The translations under genes and the position numbers were made by a program. DNA of 64,000 bases from Smithella sp. (GTDB lineage Bacteria; Desulfobacterota; Syntrophia; Syntrophales; Smithellaceae): positions 95,163-159,162 of the forward strand of contig DATKPG010000012.1 of NCBI GenBank assembly GCA_035524255.1, in the 5' to 3' direction. The notes beneath the pieces were generated by a model. That model saw nothing but the letters and a program-made list of their open reading frames with translations, ran no database searches and was not told the DNA's origin. Each line of letters opens with the position of its first letter. Position 1 is the stretch's first letter. Positions 9,624 to 18,211 of the stretch are shown here, one piece after another.

Positions 9624-10748
9624 TTATCTGGCTCCGTGCAGGAGTTCGTCTCCCAGTTTCGCCTGTTTATCCTGCAGGATTTTTTCCTGGAGCGCTCCCA
9701 GAACGTTAATGTCGGTCTTAAGAACATTGAAACGTTCTTTTGTCTTGATTTCCCATTTCGCGACGATGGCCGTTATTTTTGCCTGAAAACCGGCGGATAG
9801 CTCTTTAAACGTCAGCATCAGCGGCACGGCGGCTCTTTCCGGCTGATCCAGCTTTTGCGCCGCTTCGTGGACAATCGCGCGCATGGTTTCCAGCAGGGAG
9901 TCCAGAGCTCCTATTTCGCTTTGCAGGGATTTATCCTTATGAATATTGCGTTTGTCTATTTCCACGATGGTGTCCATCAGCTCAGCGCCCATTGCGCCGG
10001 TTACGGCGCCCATCATGATGACATTTTCCATATCGCCGAAGGGGATTACAATATTCGGATAGGCCGTGTCTTTCTCGCCCAGCATATTTGAGGCAGGTAT
10101 ACGGCAGTTCTGTAACCGGATTCCGCCATGCGGTGAAGGTTTAAGGAAATCGAATTTCAAACGGGGGTTGACCATGACACCCTCGTCGGAAGACGACACC
10201 AGAAAAGCGCTGAATTTTTTTTGCTGCTGTTCCTGAGCGGTTATCGCCACAACGATAAAAAGGCCGGCGATAGGCGCGTTTGTCAGATAAGTTTTTTCTC
10301 CATTCAGGATATAGCAATTGCCGTCGGGAATTGCCGCGGAGGTCATTAATTTTGGACGCGCCCCGTGTTTTGGTTCGGAAACGGCAAAGGATGCGATTAA
10401 CTCACCTTTTGCCATCAGGGGCAGATATTGCCTGCGCTGTTTTTCAGTGCCGAAGCCGGAAATAAGATAGATCGCGATCATCTGCTGATACAGCCAGGAC
10501 AGGGCCAATCCGATATTATAACCGCTGCGGACGAAGACTTCACCGGCTTTGCCAAGCTGTGTCAAGCCGCCGCCGCTGCCGCCGTATTCCTCTGCGATGC
10601 CTATTTGAAAAAACCCCGCCTTGCCCATTTCCCGCCAGATATCATGGGGAAAATCGGTCATGGTCTGCAGATCGGCGCGTGAAGCGATATGTTCAATGGC
10701 AAAACGGGATATCCAGCTGTAAGATTGTCCTGATGGAAACATATTCAT
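9624..10748 (-). CDS. Acyl-CoA dehydrogenase family protein
   Basis: ACAD-like motifs: FAVSEPKHG (compare TEPxaGSD) and GEKTYLTNAPIAGLFIV. I chose the start MNMFPSG at 10748, directly after the VWA gene's stop at 10750, instead of the longer overlapping ORF. Confidence 0.75.
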   Translation of the reverse strand: MNMFPSGQSYSWISRFAIEHIASRADLQTMTDFPHDIWREMGKAGFFQIGIAEEYGGSGGGLTQLGKAGEVFVRSGYNIGLALSWLYQQMIAIYLISGFGTEKQRRQYLPLMAKGELIASFAVSEPKHGARPKLMTSAAIPDGNCYILNGEKTYLTNAPIAGLFIVVAITAQEQQQKKFSAFLVSSSDEGVMVNPRLKFDFLKPSPHGGIRLQNCRIPASNMLGEKDTAYPNIVIPFGDMENVIMMGAVTGAMGAELMDTIVEIDKRNIHKDKSLQSEIGALDSLLETMRAIVHEAAQKLDQPERAAVPLMLTFKELSAGFQAKITAIVAKWEIKTKERFNVLKTDINVLGALQEKILQDKQAKLGDELLHGAR

Positions 10749-10749
10749 T

Positions 10750-12129
10750 TTATAAAACCAGTTCCTCGATGAAAGTAAATAATTGATTGATATTCCGGCA
10801 TTGGCGAACTTCATGACAATGCTGCATATATGATTTAATTTCGCTGTCTCCCGTGTCCCAGAGGGACTCCTGCTCCGGATTCAGCCAGATAACGCGCCGG
10901 CAGCGTTCCCGCATCTGACCCAGAATGGCGTCTTCGGGATTCATATAATTGGTGCGGCCGTCGCCTACGATAATCAGTGTTGTCTTTTTGGTCAGAAGTT
11001 CCATGTGGTCTTTTTTAAAATTCCGCAGAGTTTCTCCATAATCCGTCGACGCGTTGTAATTCACGTCAGATGCCTTAAGCACCATACGAATGGCTTCGTT
11101 GATTTCATGTTCCTCAAATATGGATGTTACCTCCGACAAATGATCAATAAAGACAAAACTGTTAACTTTGTCAAAGCAGTCCTGAAGGGAGTACAGCAGG
11201 TTCAGCATAAAACGCGCCGCCGCCCAGACGGAACCGGACACGTCGCACAGCGTGACAATCCTGCTTTTGCGTTTCGCTTTGTGCCGGTATATGATCTCAA
11301 CGGGAACGCCGTTGTATTTTGCCGACGCCCGCAGTGTTTTCTTAACATCAATGCTTCCTCTGTTACGGATGATGTAGCGGCGGCTGACAATATTTTTCAG
11401 TTTCCGCACCAGTTTGTCAATGGCTTCGCGCATTTCTTCAACTTCCGCGCGGGTAAACGAGGAAAATGATTTTTCGCCGAGTCCCCTGAGCCGCTGTTCT
11501 TCCGTTTGGACTTTTTTAGTTCCGGCATCTCCCGGACGCGGTTCGTACATGAGCATGGAGCGCGCCGCGGCCACGCGCTCTTCAAAATAAGAGGCAAGGT
11601 CGCGCCCGGCGGCTGAGTCCATTTTTGTGTAATTTTCCTCTATAAGCGCTCCGGCGGCGGACGCGGCTTTGTTAATCTGAATCATCATATTAAGCCGATT
11701 GCCCAGAGGACCCAGATTAAACCTGAGCATGGTCGCTTCTTCTTCCGTTCTGATCCGGCGCATTTCGCGAAGAAGCGCGAGAGGATTTCCTTCCAGAAAA
11801 TCCACCACGGCATCGTAAATGGGGTTATCATGGGGTATCTGTTTGAGAATTTCCGCCGCTTTTTTTATCTGATCGGAATGCAGGGCGGCCTGTCTCATAT
11901 CGCCCGTTTCCATGCGCATTTCATGGAAATAAAGGTGGTAGAGACGGTCGAAATGAAGCACATCTCTCATACTTTTAGCCAGATTGGCGCGAAGCAGAGA
12001 CCGGAATTGCGATTCATCAGTCGGGTCAATCAACTGCAATTGATTCAGACTGTCGAGAACTTCCGAGGTTGATACCCGCAGTCCCGACGCGCGGCAGCAG
12101 GAAACAAATTGTTGAATGAGTTTCACCAT
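10750..12129 (-). CDS. VWA domain protein, CoxE-like
   Basis: 459 aa. The C-terminal von Willebrand A domain has the MIDAS motif LCDVSGSV. It lies immediately downstream of a MoxR/CoxD-type ATPase. Confidence 0.8.
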   Translation of the reverse strand: MVKLIQQFVSCCRASGLRVSTSEVLDSLNQLQLIDPTDESQFRSLLRANLAKSMRDVLHFDRLYHLYFHEMRMETGDMRQAALHSDQIKKAAEILKQIPHDNPIYDAVVDFLEGNPLALLREMRRIRTEEEATMLRFNLGPLGNRLNMMIQINKAASAAGALIEENYTKMDSAAGRDLASYFEERVAAARSMLMYEPRPGDAGTKKVQTEEQRLRGLGEKSFSSFTRAEVEEMREAIDKLVRKLKNIVSRRYIIRNRGSIDVKKTLRASAKYNGVPVEIIYRHKAKRKSRIVTLCDVSGSVWAAARFMLNLLYSLQDCFDKVNSFVFIDHLSEVTSIFEEHEINEAIRMVLKASDVNYNASTDYGETLRNFKKDHMELLTKKTTLIIVGDGRTNYMNPEDAILGQMRERCRRVIWLNPEQESLWDTGDSEIKSYMQHCHEVRQCRNINQLFTFIEELVL

Positions 12130-12208
12130 ATATTAAAATATCAAAGCCGTTTTTGTTTTGTTGTCAATTTTAAGGGAATTTTCGTCCATCAACAGCGCTT
12201 TGAGCGCG

Positions 12209-13117
12209 TTACTGCAGAATCCGTCCAATATTCTTGCGAACTTTTTCCATGTCGGCCTGGTATTTACAGACGATGTTGAGTGTTTCCGAAATAACTTCCG
12301 GCGTCAGTTCATTGATCTGTAACGCGATGAGCGACTGCGCCCAGTCAAGTGTTTCCGAAATGCTGGGACTTTTTTTCAAATCCAGCGTGCGGATTTTACG
12401 GATCGCGTCAACCAGAGCGTCACAGAGCCGCTCCTCGATCCCCGGTATTTTAAGCCGGACAATGGAAATCTCCGTGTCCCGCGCCGGATAATCAATATAA
12501 AGATGGACGCAGCGGCGTTTAAGCGCGTCGCTCATATCGCGGTAGTTATTGGATGTCAGCACGACAAAAGGAATATGAATGGCTTTGCGGGTGCCCAGCT
12601 CAGGAATGGAAACCTGAAAATCGCTTAAAAGTTCCAGAAGAAATGCCTCGAATTCCGGGTCGGATTTATCCACTTCATCGATGAGGAGCACGACAGGCTT
12701 ATTTGAGCTTATGGCCTGCAGAAGCGGCCGGTGCTGAATAAAACGGTCGGAGAAAAAGGCGTCCTCCTGGGCGGCTATCTGATCAACCGCCTGGGTCAGC
12801 GTTGAGGCACAAGCAATGATGTCGTTTAATCTGTCTTTTACCATCTGCGTATAAAGAAGCTGCTTGGCGTATTCCCATTCATAAAGAGCCTTGGCTTCAT
12901 CCAGACCTTCGTAACACTGGAGCCGGATAAGATCCCAATCCAGACTGCGGGCTATCGCCTTGGCCAACTCTGTCTTGCCGACACCTGCCGGCCCTTCAAC
13001 CAGAACCGGCTTTTGCGTTGCAGCTGCCAGAAAAACAACCGTGGCAATTTCCCTGGAGGGAATAAAGCCGGCCTTTGTCAGCCTCGATTGAACATCCGCG
13101 ACACTATCATAATCCAT
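12209..13117 (-). CDS. MoxR/CoxD-like AAA+ ATPase
   Basis: Walker A GPAGVGKTELAKAIA and Walker B VLLIDEVDK. Size (302 aa) and the VWA partner are typical of the MoxR family. Confidence 0.85.
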   Translation of the reverse strand: MDYDSVADVQSRLTKAGFIPSREIATVVFLAAATQKPVLVEGPAGVGKTELAKAIARSLDWDLIRLQCYEGLDEAKALYEWEYAKQLLYTQMVKDRLNDIIACASTLTQAVDQIAAQEDAFFSDRFIQHRPLLQAISSNKPVVLLIDEVDKSDPEFEAFLLELLSDFQVSIPELGTRKAIHIPFVVLTSNNYRDMSDALKRRCVHLYIDYPARDTEISIVRLKIPGIEERLCDALVDAIRKIRTLDLKKSPSISETLDWAQSLIALQINELTPEVISETLNIVCKYQADMEKVRKNIGRILQ

Positions 13118-13217
13118 TAATAACTTAATCCCTTCTGATATTTTACAAATAACACGGAAAAGGTGCGGCTATTTAAACCGCGAATTCCCTTGAAAGAGCT
13201 TGCTTTTATCGGGAGCG

Positions 13218-13246
13218 AGTATAGGCAAACCTGTATTGTATGTCAA
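13218..13246 (-). promoter_or_regulatory. Sigma70-type promoter for the MoxR-VWA-ACAD operon
   Basis: The minus strand reads TTGACA (13246-13241), a 17-nt spacer, then TATACT (13223-13218). This is about 100 nt upstream of the moxR-like start at 13117. Confidence 0.5.
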
Positions 13247-13304
13247 TGAAAAACCAGGGCGCAACTTACGGCGTAATGTGCGAATATTTTCCGGGTCTAA
13301 ACTT

Positions 13305-13589
13305 TCAATGCTGCTTTTTTAATTGTCTTGCCCAGAGCGTCAGCCAGATGACAACAAACAGCATCATTGCGACGCCGAGTTTATAGGCCACCATTCCCCA
13401 CAGCCATATCGTGCGGACTTCCGGCCAGGTAACGCCTTCACCAAAAAGGCAAAGATATCCTGCCGGCTGCCGGGATATAATCAGTAAATAAGCAAACCAT
13501 TGAATCAGCAGGACGCAATAGGCTATTAATAAAGTCCACCAGCCTGCTACTGCCGCCGTCCGGATTTTTTTTATTAATATTTCATCCAT
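13305..13589 (-). CDS. Small integral membrane protein, function unknown
   Basis: 94 aa with three strongly hydrophobic, Trp-rich segments. No motif recognised. Confidence 0.5.
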   Translation of the reverse strand: MDEILIKKIRTAAVAGWWTLLIAYCVLLIQWFAYLLIISRQPAGYLCLFGEGVTWPEVRTIWLWGMVAYKLGVAMMLFVVIWLTLWARQLKKQH

Positions 13590-13684
13590 ACTTATCTCCT
13601 GTATTATTTTTGATATTTCTTTGAAATTCCCTGCCTTTCTTCAAGCCGTAAGTGCGCTGATTGTCGTTGATGCCGCTTTTTTTG

Positions 13685-15208
13685 TTAATACGCCCAGTAG
13701 GGGCCTTTGCCGAGGTTGGATGACGTTTTTTCAAGTCCAACATAAACGCTGCGTCCCATGAAAAAGGGTAGCCCCCAGTCGAAGAAAGCGCTTATAGTGC
13801 TGGAATCGTATGGGGCGCCTAATTCACTAAACACCCAGTTTGTTTGCGGACTGAAAAGGGTATCGGCGTTGCCTATCGAAAACGGTATATTGGCGGCGGG
13901 CGATCCTAAATAGCCTTTTGTCGTTGCGGTAAAGCTTAGCGTGGAAGAAGGGCAGTACCATCCTGTGGCAATTCCCGTTGAACAGGTTATCAGGGCGTTT
14001 TGCGAACCTGCGTCAAAAAATAGCGCGTTCGAGCCGGTGTCAATGAAACTGGAGCTGTATGTGTTTCCGCCAGTGACCGGAAAAACGGTTATGAAATTCC
14101 CGCTGGATGGATCGGCAGGATACATCGTTGCTCCGGAAGAGGAGTTATTCGACCGCGTGTCAATGCCCAGGTAAAGATCGCCTTGAATTGAGGTTTTTCC
14201 TCCCAAAGCAACCGAAGGAAGCTCCACGACCACGCCGTTGTTATCAAGAGGAAGGAGCGCGACCGGGTTCGGTACCTGGTTGGATAGGGGCACTGCGGTA
14301 GGAGAGCATACGGAACCGCTGCAGGAATAGTACATCTGGTTACTGGTAACACTTACGCATGTCGAACCGCAATCCTGGGCAAAGAGACCAACGCCCAATA
14401 GCCCGTTGAACCCGGCTGTATTCGGAGAAACATCCGGGGTTCCACAGAGAGATTGGATCTGTTCTGCGTTGGTGCCGAACGTAGAATCGATGACATGGAT
14501 AGGCATGGTAACTGCCGGTTCGTTGCCCAGAATGACGTCAACGGTTTGAACCGGTCCCCAGTCCGCTGAACCGTCAGCGTATTGTATGCAGTCCGCGAGA
14601 TTTCCTGAACCGCTCGTTACTTGTGTGGGGGTAATCGTGAGAACTGAACTGAATATCCGCAAACCGGAAGCTCCCGTATCCAAAAGAATATCATTGATGA
14701 TCTGGCAGTCGGTATTGCTGCCGGGAGTGCAGACCGTAACGCTGACACAGGGCTTGTTGGGATAAGCGTTTGTGCACAGCGTGTCGCCGTTCACTGTTAT
14801 CGTAAGATGGTTATCGTTGTTATTGTTATTGGTTTCTACCGTCAGCAGCGTGGAGCCGTTAATGCTTCCCGACGTAGCAGTTATCGTTGTCGCGCCGACG
14901 GCTTGCAAAGTTACAAGTCCATTGGAGCCGGAAGTGTTGCTGATCGTCGCGATATCCGTGTTTGACGAACTCCATGTCACGGAGGTTGTAATGTCCTGTG
15001 TTGAACTGTCCGAATAAGTCCCGGTTGCCGTAAATTGTTTTGTTGCTCCCGTTTCCAAAAGCAGGCGTTGGTCTGCCGGTGTAACCGCGATAGAAGTCAG
15101 TGTCACGGTGGGAGTGGTTGTTCCGCCGCCGCCTCCTCCGCCCCCGCTGCAGCTTATGACCAGCAAAGAAATCAGACTATAAAAAAGCAGTTTATTTAAT
15201 TTCATCAT
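13685..15208 (-). CDS. Secreted lipoprotein: Ig-like (Big_2-type) domain plus a bilobal pepsin-like domain with two DTG motifs
   Basis: It has a signal peptide and lipobox LLVISC followed by SGGGGGGGG. An Ig-like repeat follows (AVTPADQRLLLETGATKQFTATGTYSDSS..VTWSS). Further motifs are LLDTGASGL (D177, codon 14680-14678), GLLGVGLF and FIDTGSNALFF (D390, codon 14041-14039). The protein is Cys-rich. Confidence 0.8.
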   Translation of the reverse strand: MMKLNKLLFYSLISLLVISCSGGGGGGGGTTTPTVTLTSIAVTPADQRLLLETGATKQFTATGTYSDSSTQDITTSVTWSSSNTDIATISNTSGSNGLVTLQAVGATTITATSGSINGSTLLTVETNNNNNDNHLTITVNGDTLCTNAYPNKPCVSVTVCTPGSNTDCQIINDILLDTGASGLRIFSSVLTITPTQVTSGSGNLADCIQYADGSADWGPVQTVDVILGNEPAVTMPIHVIDSTFGTNAEQIQSLCGTPDVSPNTAGFNGLLGVGLFAQDCGSTCVSVTSNQMYYSCSGSVCSPTAVPLSNQVPNPVALLPLDNNGVVVELPSVALGGKTSIQGDLYLGIDTRSNNSSSGATMYPADPSSGNFITVFPVTGGNTYSSSFIDTGSNALFFDAGSQNALITCSTGIATGWYCPSSTLSFTATTKGYLGSPAANIPFSIGNADTLFSPQTNWVFSELGAPYDSSTISAFFDWGLPFFMGRSVYVGLEKTSSNLGKGPYWAY

Positions 15209-15662
15209 TGCTTACTCCTTGTGGCATCAAAGCAGGCGCGTAGGCGCGTCCCTGCAAATTTCTCATATGTCCCCATTTCTCCACAATAACATTATCTGAT
15301 TCCACCTTAACGAACTTGCGTCCCGGCTGCCGTTTGATATGACTTGCCGCCTTCTGATATTCGGAAGCGTAGGATCCCAAAAGCGGCGTCAGGTCGGGAT
15401 GGGTCAGGCCGTTCCACGCGATGCCGAAGACGACACCGGAGGGAGATACGTATTCCCGGACTGTCATTGTTTCGGACTGGAACACGTGAACGGTGTATTT
15501 TGAAGATGTTATCGTGGTGCTTCGCACAGCCGAAAGAGCCTTCCTGTTCGTCGCGATCGAATCGGTTGATTCGCCGAGAGTGGCGTAAGCCTGCCCGACA
15601 AAAAGTACAATCAAGGCAAGACTAAAACAGAGTAACAGACTTGAGAGTTTTCTTGTTTTCAT
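15192..15662 (-). CDS. Secreted hypothetical protein, translationally coupled to the lipoprotein gene
   Basis: The ATG at 15662 lies 9 nt after GGAGGA. The signal peptide is MKTRKLSSLLLCFSLALIVLFVGQAYA. Its 3' end overlaps the downstream lipoprotein start by 17 nt. I recall a similar DUF pair in proteobacteria but cannot verify that here. Confidence 0.6.
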   Translation of the reverse strand: MKTRKLSSLLLCFSLALIVLFVGQAYATLGESTDSIATNRKALSAVRSTTITSSKYTVHVFQSETMTVREYVSPSGVVFGIAWNGLTHPDLTPLLGSYASEYQKAASHIKRQPGRKFVKVESDNVIVEKWGHMRNLQGRAYAPALMPQGVSNDEIK

Positions 15663-15775
15663 AATCGTTATATCCTCCGGTTTCAAAGACTCTGACTCAA
15701 AGGCCCCAAAGAAACGTTTCTAAAATATTTTTACAACATTATTGTACTTTCTTTTGCTAAAAAGTCGAGCGCTAA

Positions 15776-16465
15776 TTATTTACTTTTTTCAAACTTTGAC
15801 TTATCCGCGCCGCATACAGGACACGTCCATGTTTGGGGCAAATCTTCAAATTTTGTTCCGGGGGCAATGCCGTTATCCGGATCGCCTTTGGCTTCGTCAT
15901 AAACATAGCCGCAAACACTGCAGACATAACTGGCGGAGGCATGGGAATCGGCGGAAGTTTCATCTTTCGCGTAAGTGGGCGCTGTTTTCGGCGATTTGCC
16001 TCCCTTGACATTTTGATAATAGGCGTATGTCATGGGTTCGGCATCGCTTATGAGATCGCAATCGACAATCTGGCCGACAAAGATAGTATGCGTGCCGCAA
16101 TCCAATTCTTTTTCCAGTTCAACTTCCAGATAGGAGACCGTATTTTCCAGGATTATGGGCACATTGGTGACGCCTGTTTTTATTTTTACATTTTGCAGTT
16201 TATTGACATTGTGTCCGCTTTTAAAGCCGAAAAGACCGATGAAAGTCATGGGGGTTGCCTCGGACAGGATAGAGACAACAAATTTGCGGCTGAGTTTTAT
16301 TAATTCATGAGTGTAATTTTCTTTATTGATGCTGATGGCCACTGTCGCCGGATTCGATGTGACTTGAAACAGGGCGTTGGCAATCTGACCGTTGAATTTA
16401 CCGTCCTGACCTGAAGTGACGATGTATAGACCGTAACTGATTTTGTGAATAGCTGCTCTGTTCAT
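15776..16465 (-). CDS. Flavin reductase domain fused to rubredoxin (high-molecular-weight rubredoxin type)
   Basis: The N-terminal flavin-reductase-like domain ([20 protein letters not shown]) is fused to a C-terminal rubredoxin, [12 protein letters not shown]...[13 protein letters not shown], which carries two CxxC pairs. Confidence 0.85.
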   Translation of the reverse strand: MNRAAIHKISYGLYIVTSGQDGKFNGQIANALFQVTSNPATVAISINKENYTHELIKLSRKFVVSILSEATPMTFIGLFGFKSGHNVNKLQNVKIKTGVTNVPIILENTVSYLEVELEKELDCGTHTIFVGQIVDCDLISDAEPMTYAYYQNVKGGKSPKTAPTYAKDETSADSHASASYVCSVCGYVYDEAKGDPDNGIAPGTKFEDLPQTWTCPVCGADKSKFEKSK

Positions 16466-16768
16466 TCATTCTCCTTTATAGCGGTTTTTTATGACGTTGT
16501 TTATAACTCAATTTTAATTTCAGCGCTATTAATTTATAGGGTTGATCTCATATTGATCTGGTATGATTTCAGGGGATTTTTTCTTTTGACAAAAGAGACC
16601 TTTTCTTATAGTCAAAATAAATTAAAATAATAATCGGGCCTTACAATTTTCTGCCACGATTTATTGTAATCCGGGCGTCTGTGCCAATACTGAAATAAAT
16701 TTATATACAGGGATCATTATACACTTTCCGGTTTATTGTCGAGGCGCTCGGAAAGAGAAAGAATAATT

Positions 16769-17359
16769 ATGAAATATCAGGAATTTATAAAGCGCGATCA
16801 TTTTAATTTCGAAGAAATTCTCGCTTTTGCTTACGGCAAACTGGTGACTGACCCTCCCGAACATTTTGAAGCGAGACTTCCCGCGCCTCCCTTTCTCATG
16901 ATTGATCGCATATTGCTGATTGAAAGCGACGGAAAGAAGGGGAAAATAATCGCCGAACAGGATATCCGGCTGGACGCGTGGTATTTCCAATGCCATTTTC
17001 AGGGCGATCCGGTGCAGCCCGGATGTCTTGGCGTGGACGGAATATGGCAGTTGCTTGGTTTTTTCTGTGTCTGGAATGGATCGCTGGGGACGGGCAGGGC
17101 ACTGGGGTGCGGCGAAGTTGCTTTCAACGGTCAGATTCGCCCGTTTAACAAATGTGTCCGTTTTGAAATTGATGTGCGGCGTTATTCGCGTTTGAAGGAA
17201 TCGGGCGCGAGCGTCGTAATCGGAGACGGACGCATTTATGTGGATGATGAATTAATTGCTACTGTCGGGCAGGCTCGCACAGGTGTTTTTAAGGAGATTG
17301 CTTACAGCGATTACCCGCTTCGTTCGAAACATTCTATCGGTGGCATCATGGAGCGGTGA
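16769..17359 (+). CDS. fabA: FabA-type 3-hydroxyacyl-ACP dehydratase/isomerase
   Basis: FabA active-site block FFQCHFQGDPVQPGCLGVDGIWQLLGFF. The ATG at 16769 is chosen; the upstream part of the ORF has no similarity. Confidence 0.85.
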   Translation: MKYQEFIKRDHFNFEEILAFAYGKLVTDPPEHFEARLPAPPFLMIDRILLIESDGKKGKIIAEQDIRLDAWYFQCHFQGDPVQPGCLGVDGIWQLLGFFCVWNGSLGTGRALGCGEVAFNGQIRPFNKCVRFEIDVRRYSRLKESGASVVIGDGRIYVDDELIATVGQARTGVFKEIAYSDYPLRSKHSIGGIMER

Positions 17360-17856
17360 GCTATCAGATCATTAAAACGGTTGACCGTGTTTCACAGGAT
17401 CCGTTAAAGAGTACTTGTCATATTTTATTTACAGGAAATAATTTGAATATTATAAAAAAATCAGCACTTTATTTTGCCCGGAAAGAATTCTGCAGGGCCG
17501 CGATAAATGATCACGCTGATCTGAGCATTTTTAAAAAGAAACTTACCGGCACCGTAATTACCGGTCTTATTATAATATTTATCAGTTACTTTCTTGGCAT
17601 ACCGGCCGCCTTTATAGTGGGGGTAATTGCCGCCTGGTTGCATAGCCCCGCGTTCGGGGTTATCGGAATTCCTTTGGCTTACGGTCTTTCCTGGTTGCTT
17701 TTGATGCTGGGTATTTATCTTGCCGGTCCTCAATACGGGAGGGCGCTTAGCCGCTTCGTCGTACGGGTTATACTGGAAAAAATTCTCGGCAATGAAGTTA
17801 TCAGGCCCGAATCAACGCGCGTGCAAGATTCAAAGCCGGGCACAACAAAAAAATAA
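17356..17856 (+). CDS. Membrane protein of unknown function (lipid locus)
   Basis: 166 aa. Its GTG start overlaps the fabA stop (GTGA). It has three to four hydrophobic helices (VITGLIIIFISYFLGIPAAFIVGVIAAWL...). No motif recognised. Confidence 0.5.
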   Translation: MSYQIIKTVDRVSQDPLKSTCHILFTGNNLNIIKKSALYFARKEFCRAAINDHADLSIFKKKLTGTVITGLIIIFISYFLGIPAAFIVGVIAAWLHSPAFGVIGIPLAYGLSWLLLMLGIYLAGPQYGRALSRFVVRVILEKILGNEVIRPESTRVQDSKPGTTKK

Positions 17857-17895
17857 AGAGAACTTGAAAAGTCAGATTAAGAACAGGAGTATTAG

Positions 17896-18165
17896 ATGAG
17901 TCAGATTGAAGAATTGATCAGTGAACTTAAGGTTAAAATTATTGAAACACTGGGACTGATTGACGTTGGGCCCGAAGATATCGGGGATGACGCTCAACTC
18001 GTAGGCGGCGATATGGGGATTGATTCCATTGATGTGCTTGAATTGGTGATGATGATTGAAAAAGACTACGGTGTCAGAATCGACAGCAAGGAGCTGGGCG
18101 TTAAAGTTTTTGCTTCTGTGCGCGCGCTGGCCACACACATTTCCGGGAATCAGAAAAAAGGTTAA
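17896..18165 (+). CDS. Acyl carrier protein (ACP-1 of the lipid locus)
   Basis: 89 aa with the phosphopantetheine attachment motif DMGIDSIDVLELVMMIE. Confidence 0.85.
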   Translation: MSQIEELISELKVKIIETLGLIDVGPEDIGDDAQLVGGDMGIDSIDVLELVMMIEKDYGVRIDSKELGVKVFASVRALATHISGNQKKG

Positions 18166-18211
18166 TGCATCGCTTTCGCTAAAATTTGATCTTTTTTAAG
18201 CTTTAATTTCT

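Noticed and set aside
12209-13117. The MoxR ATPase plus VWA pair as a defence or toxin module.
   Set aside because: No nuclease, protease or transmembrane effector is present. The architecture matches the common CoxD/CoxE-like maturation pair.
15121-15150. The Gly8-coding tract in the lipoprotein gene as a phase-variable simple sequence repeat.
   Set aside because: The codons are mixed (GGC/GGA/GGG/GGT), so there is no long homopolymer or perfect short tandem repeat that would slip.
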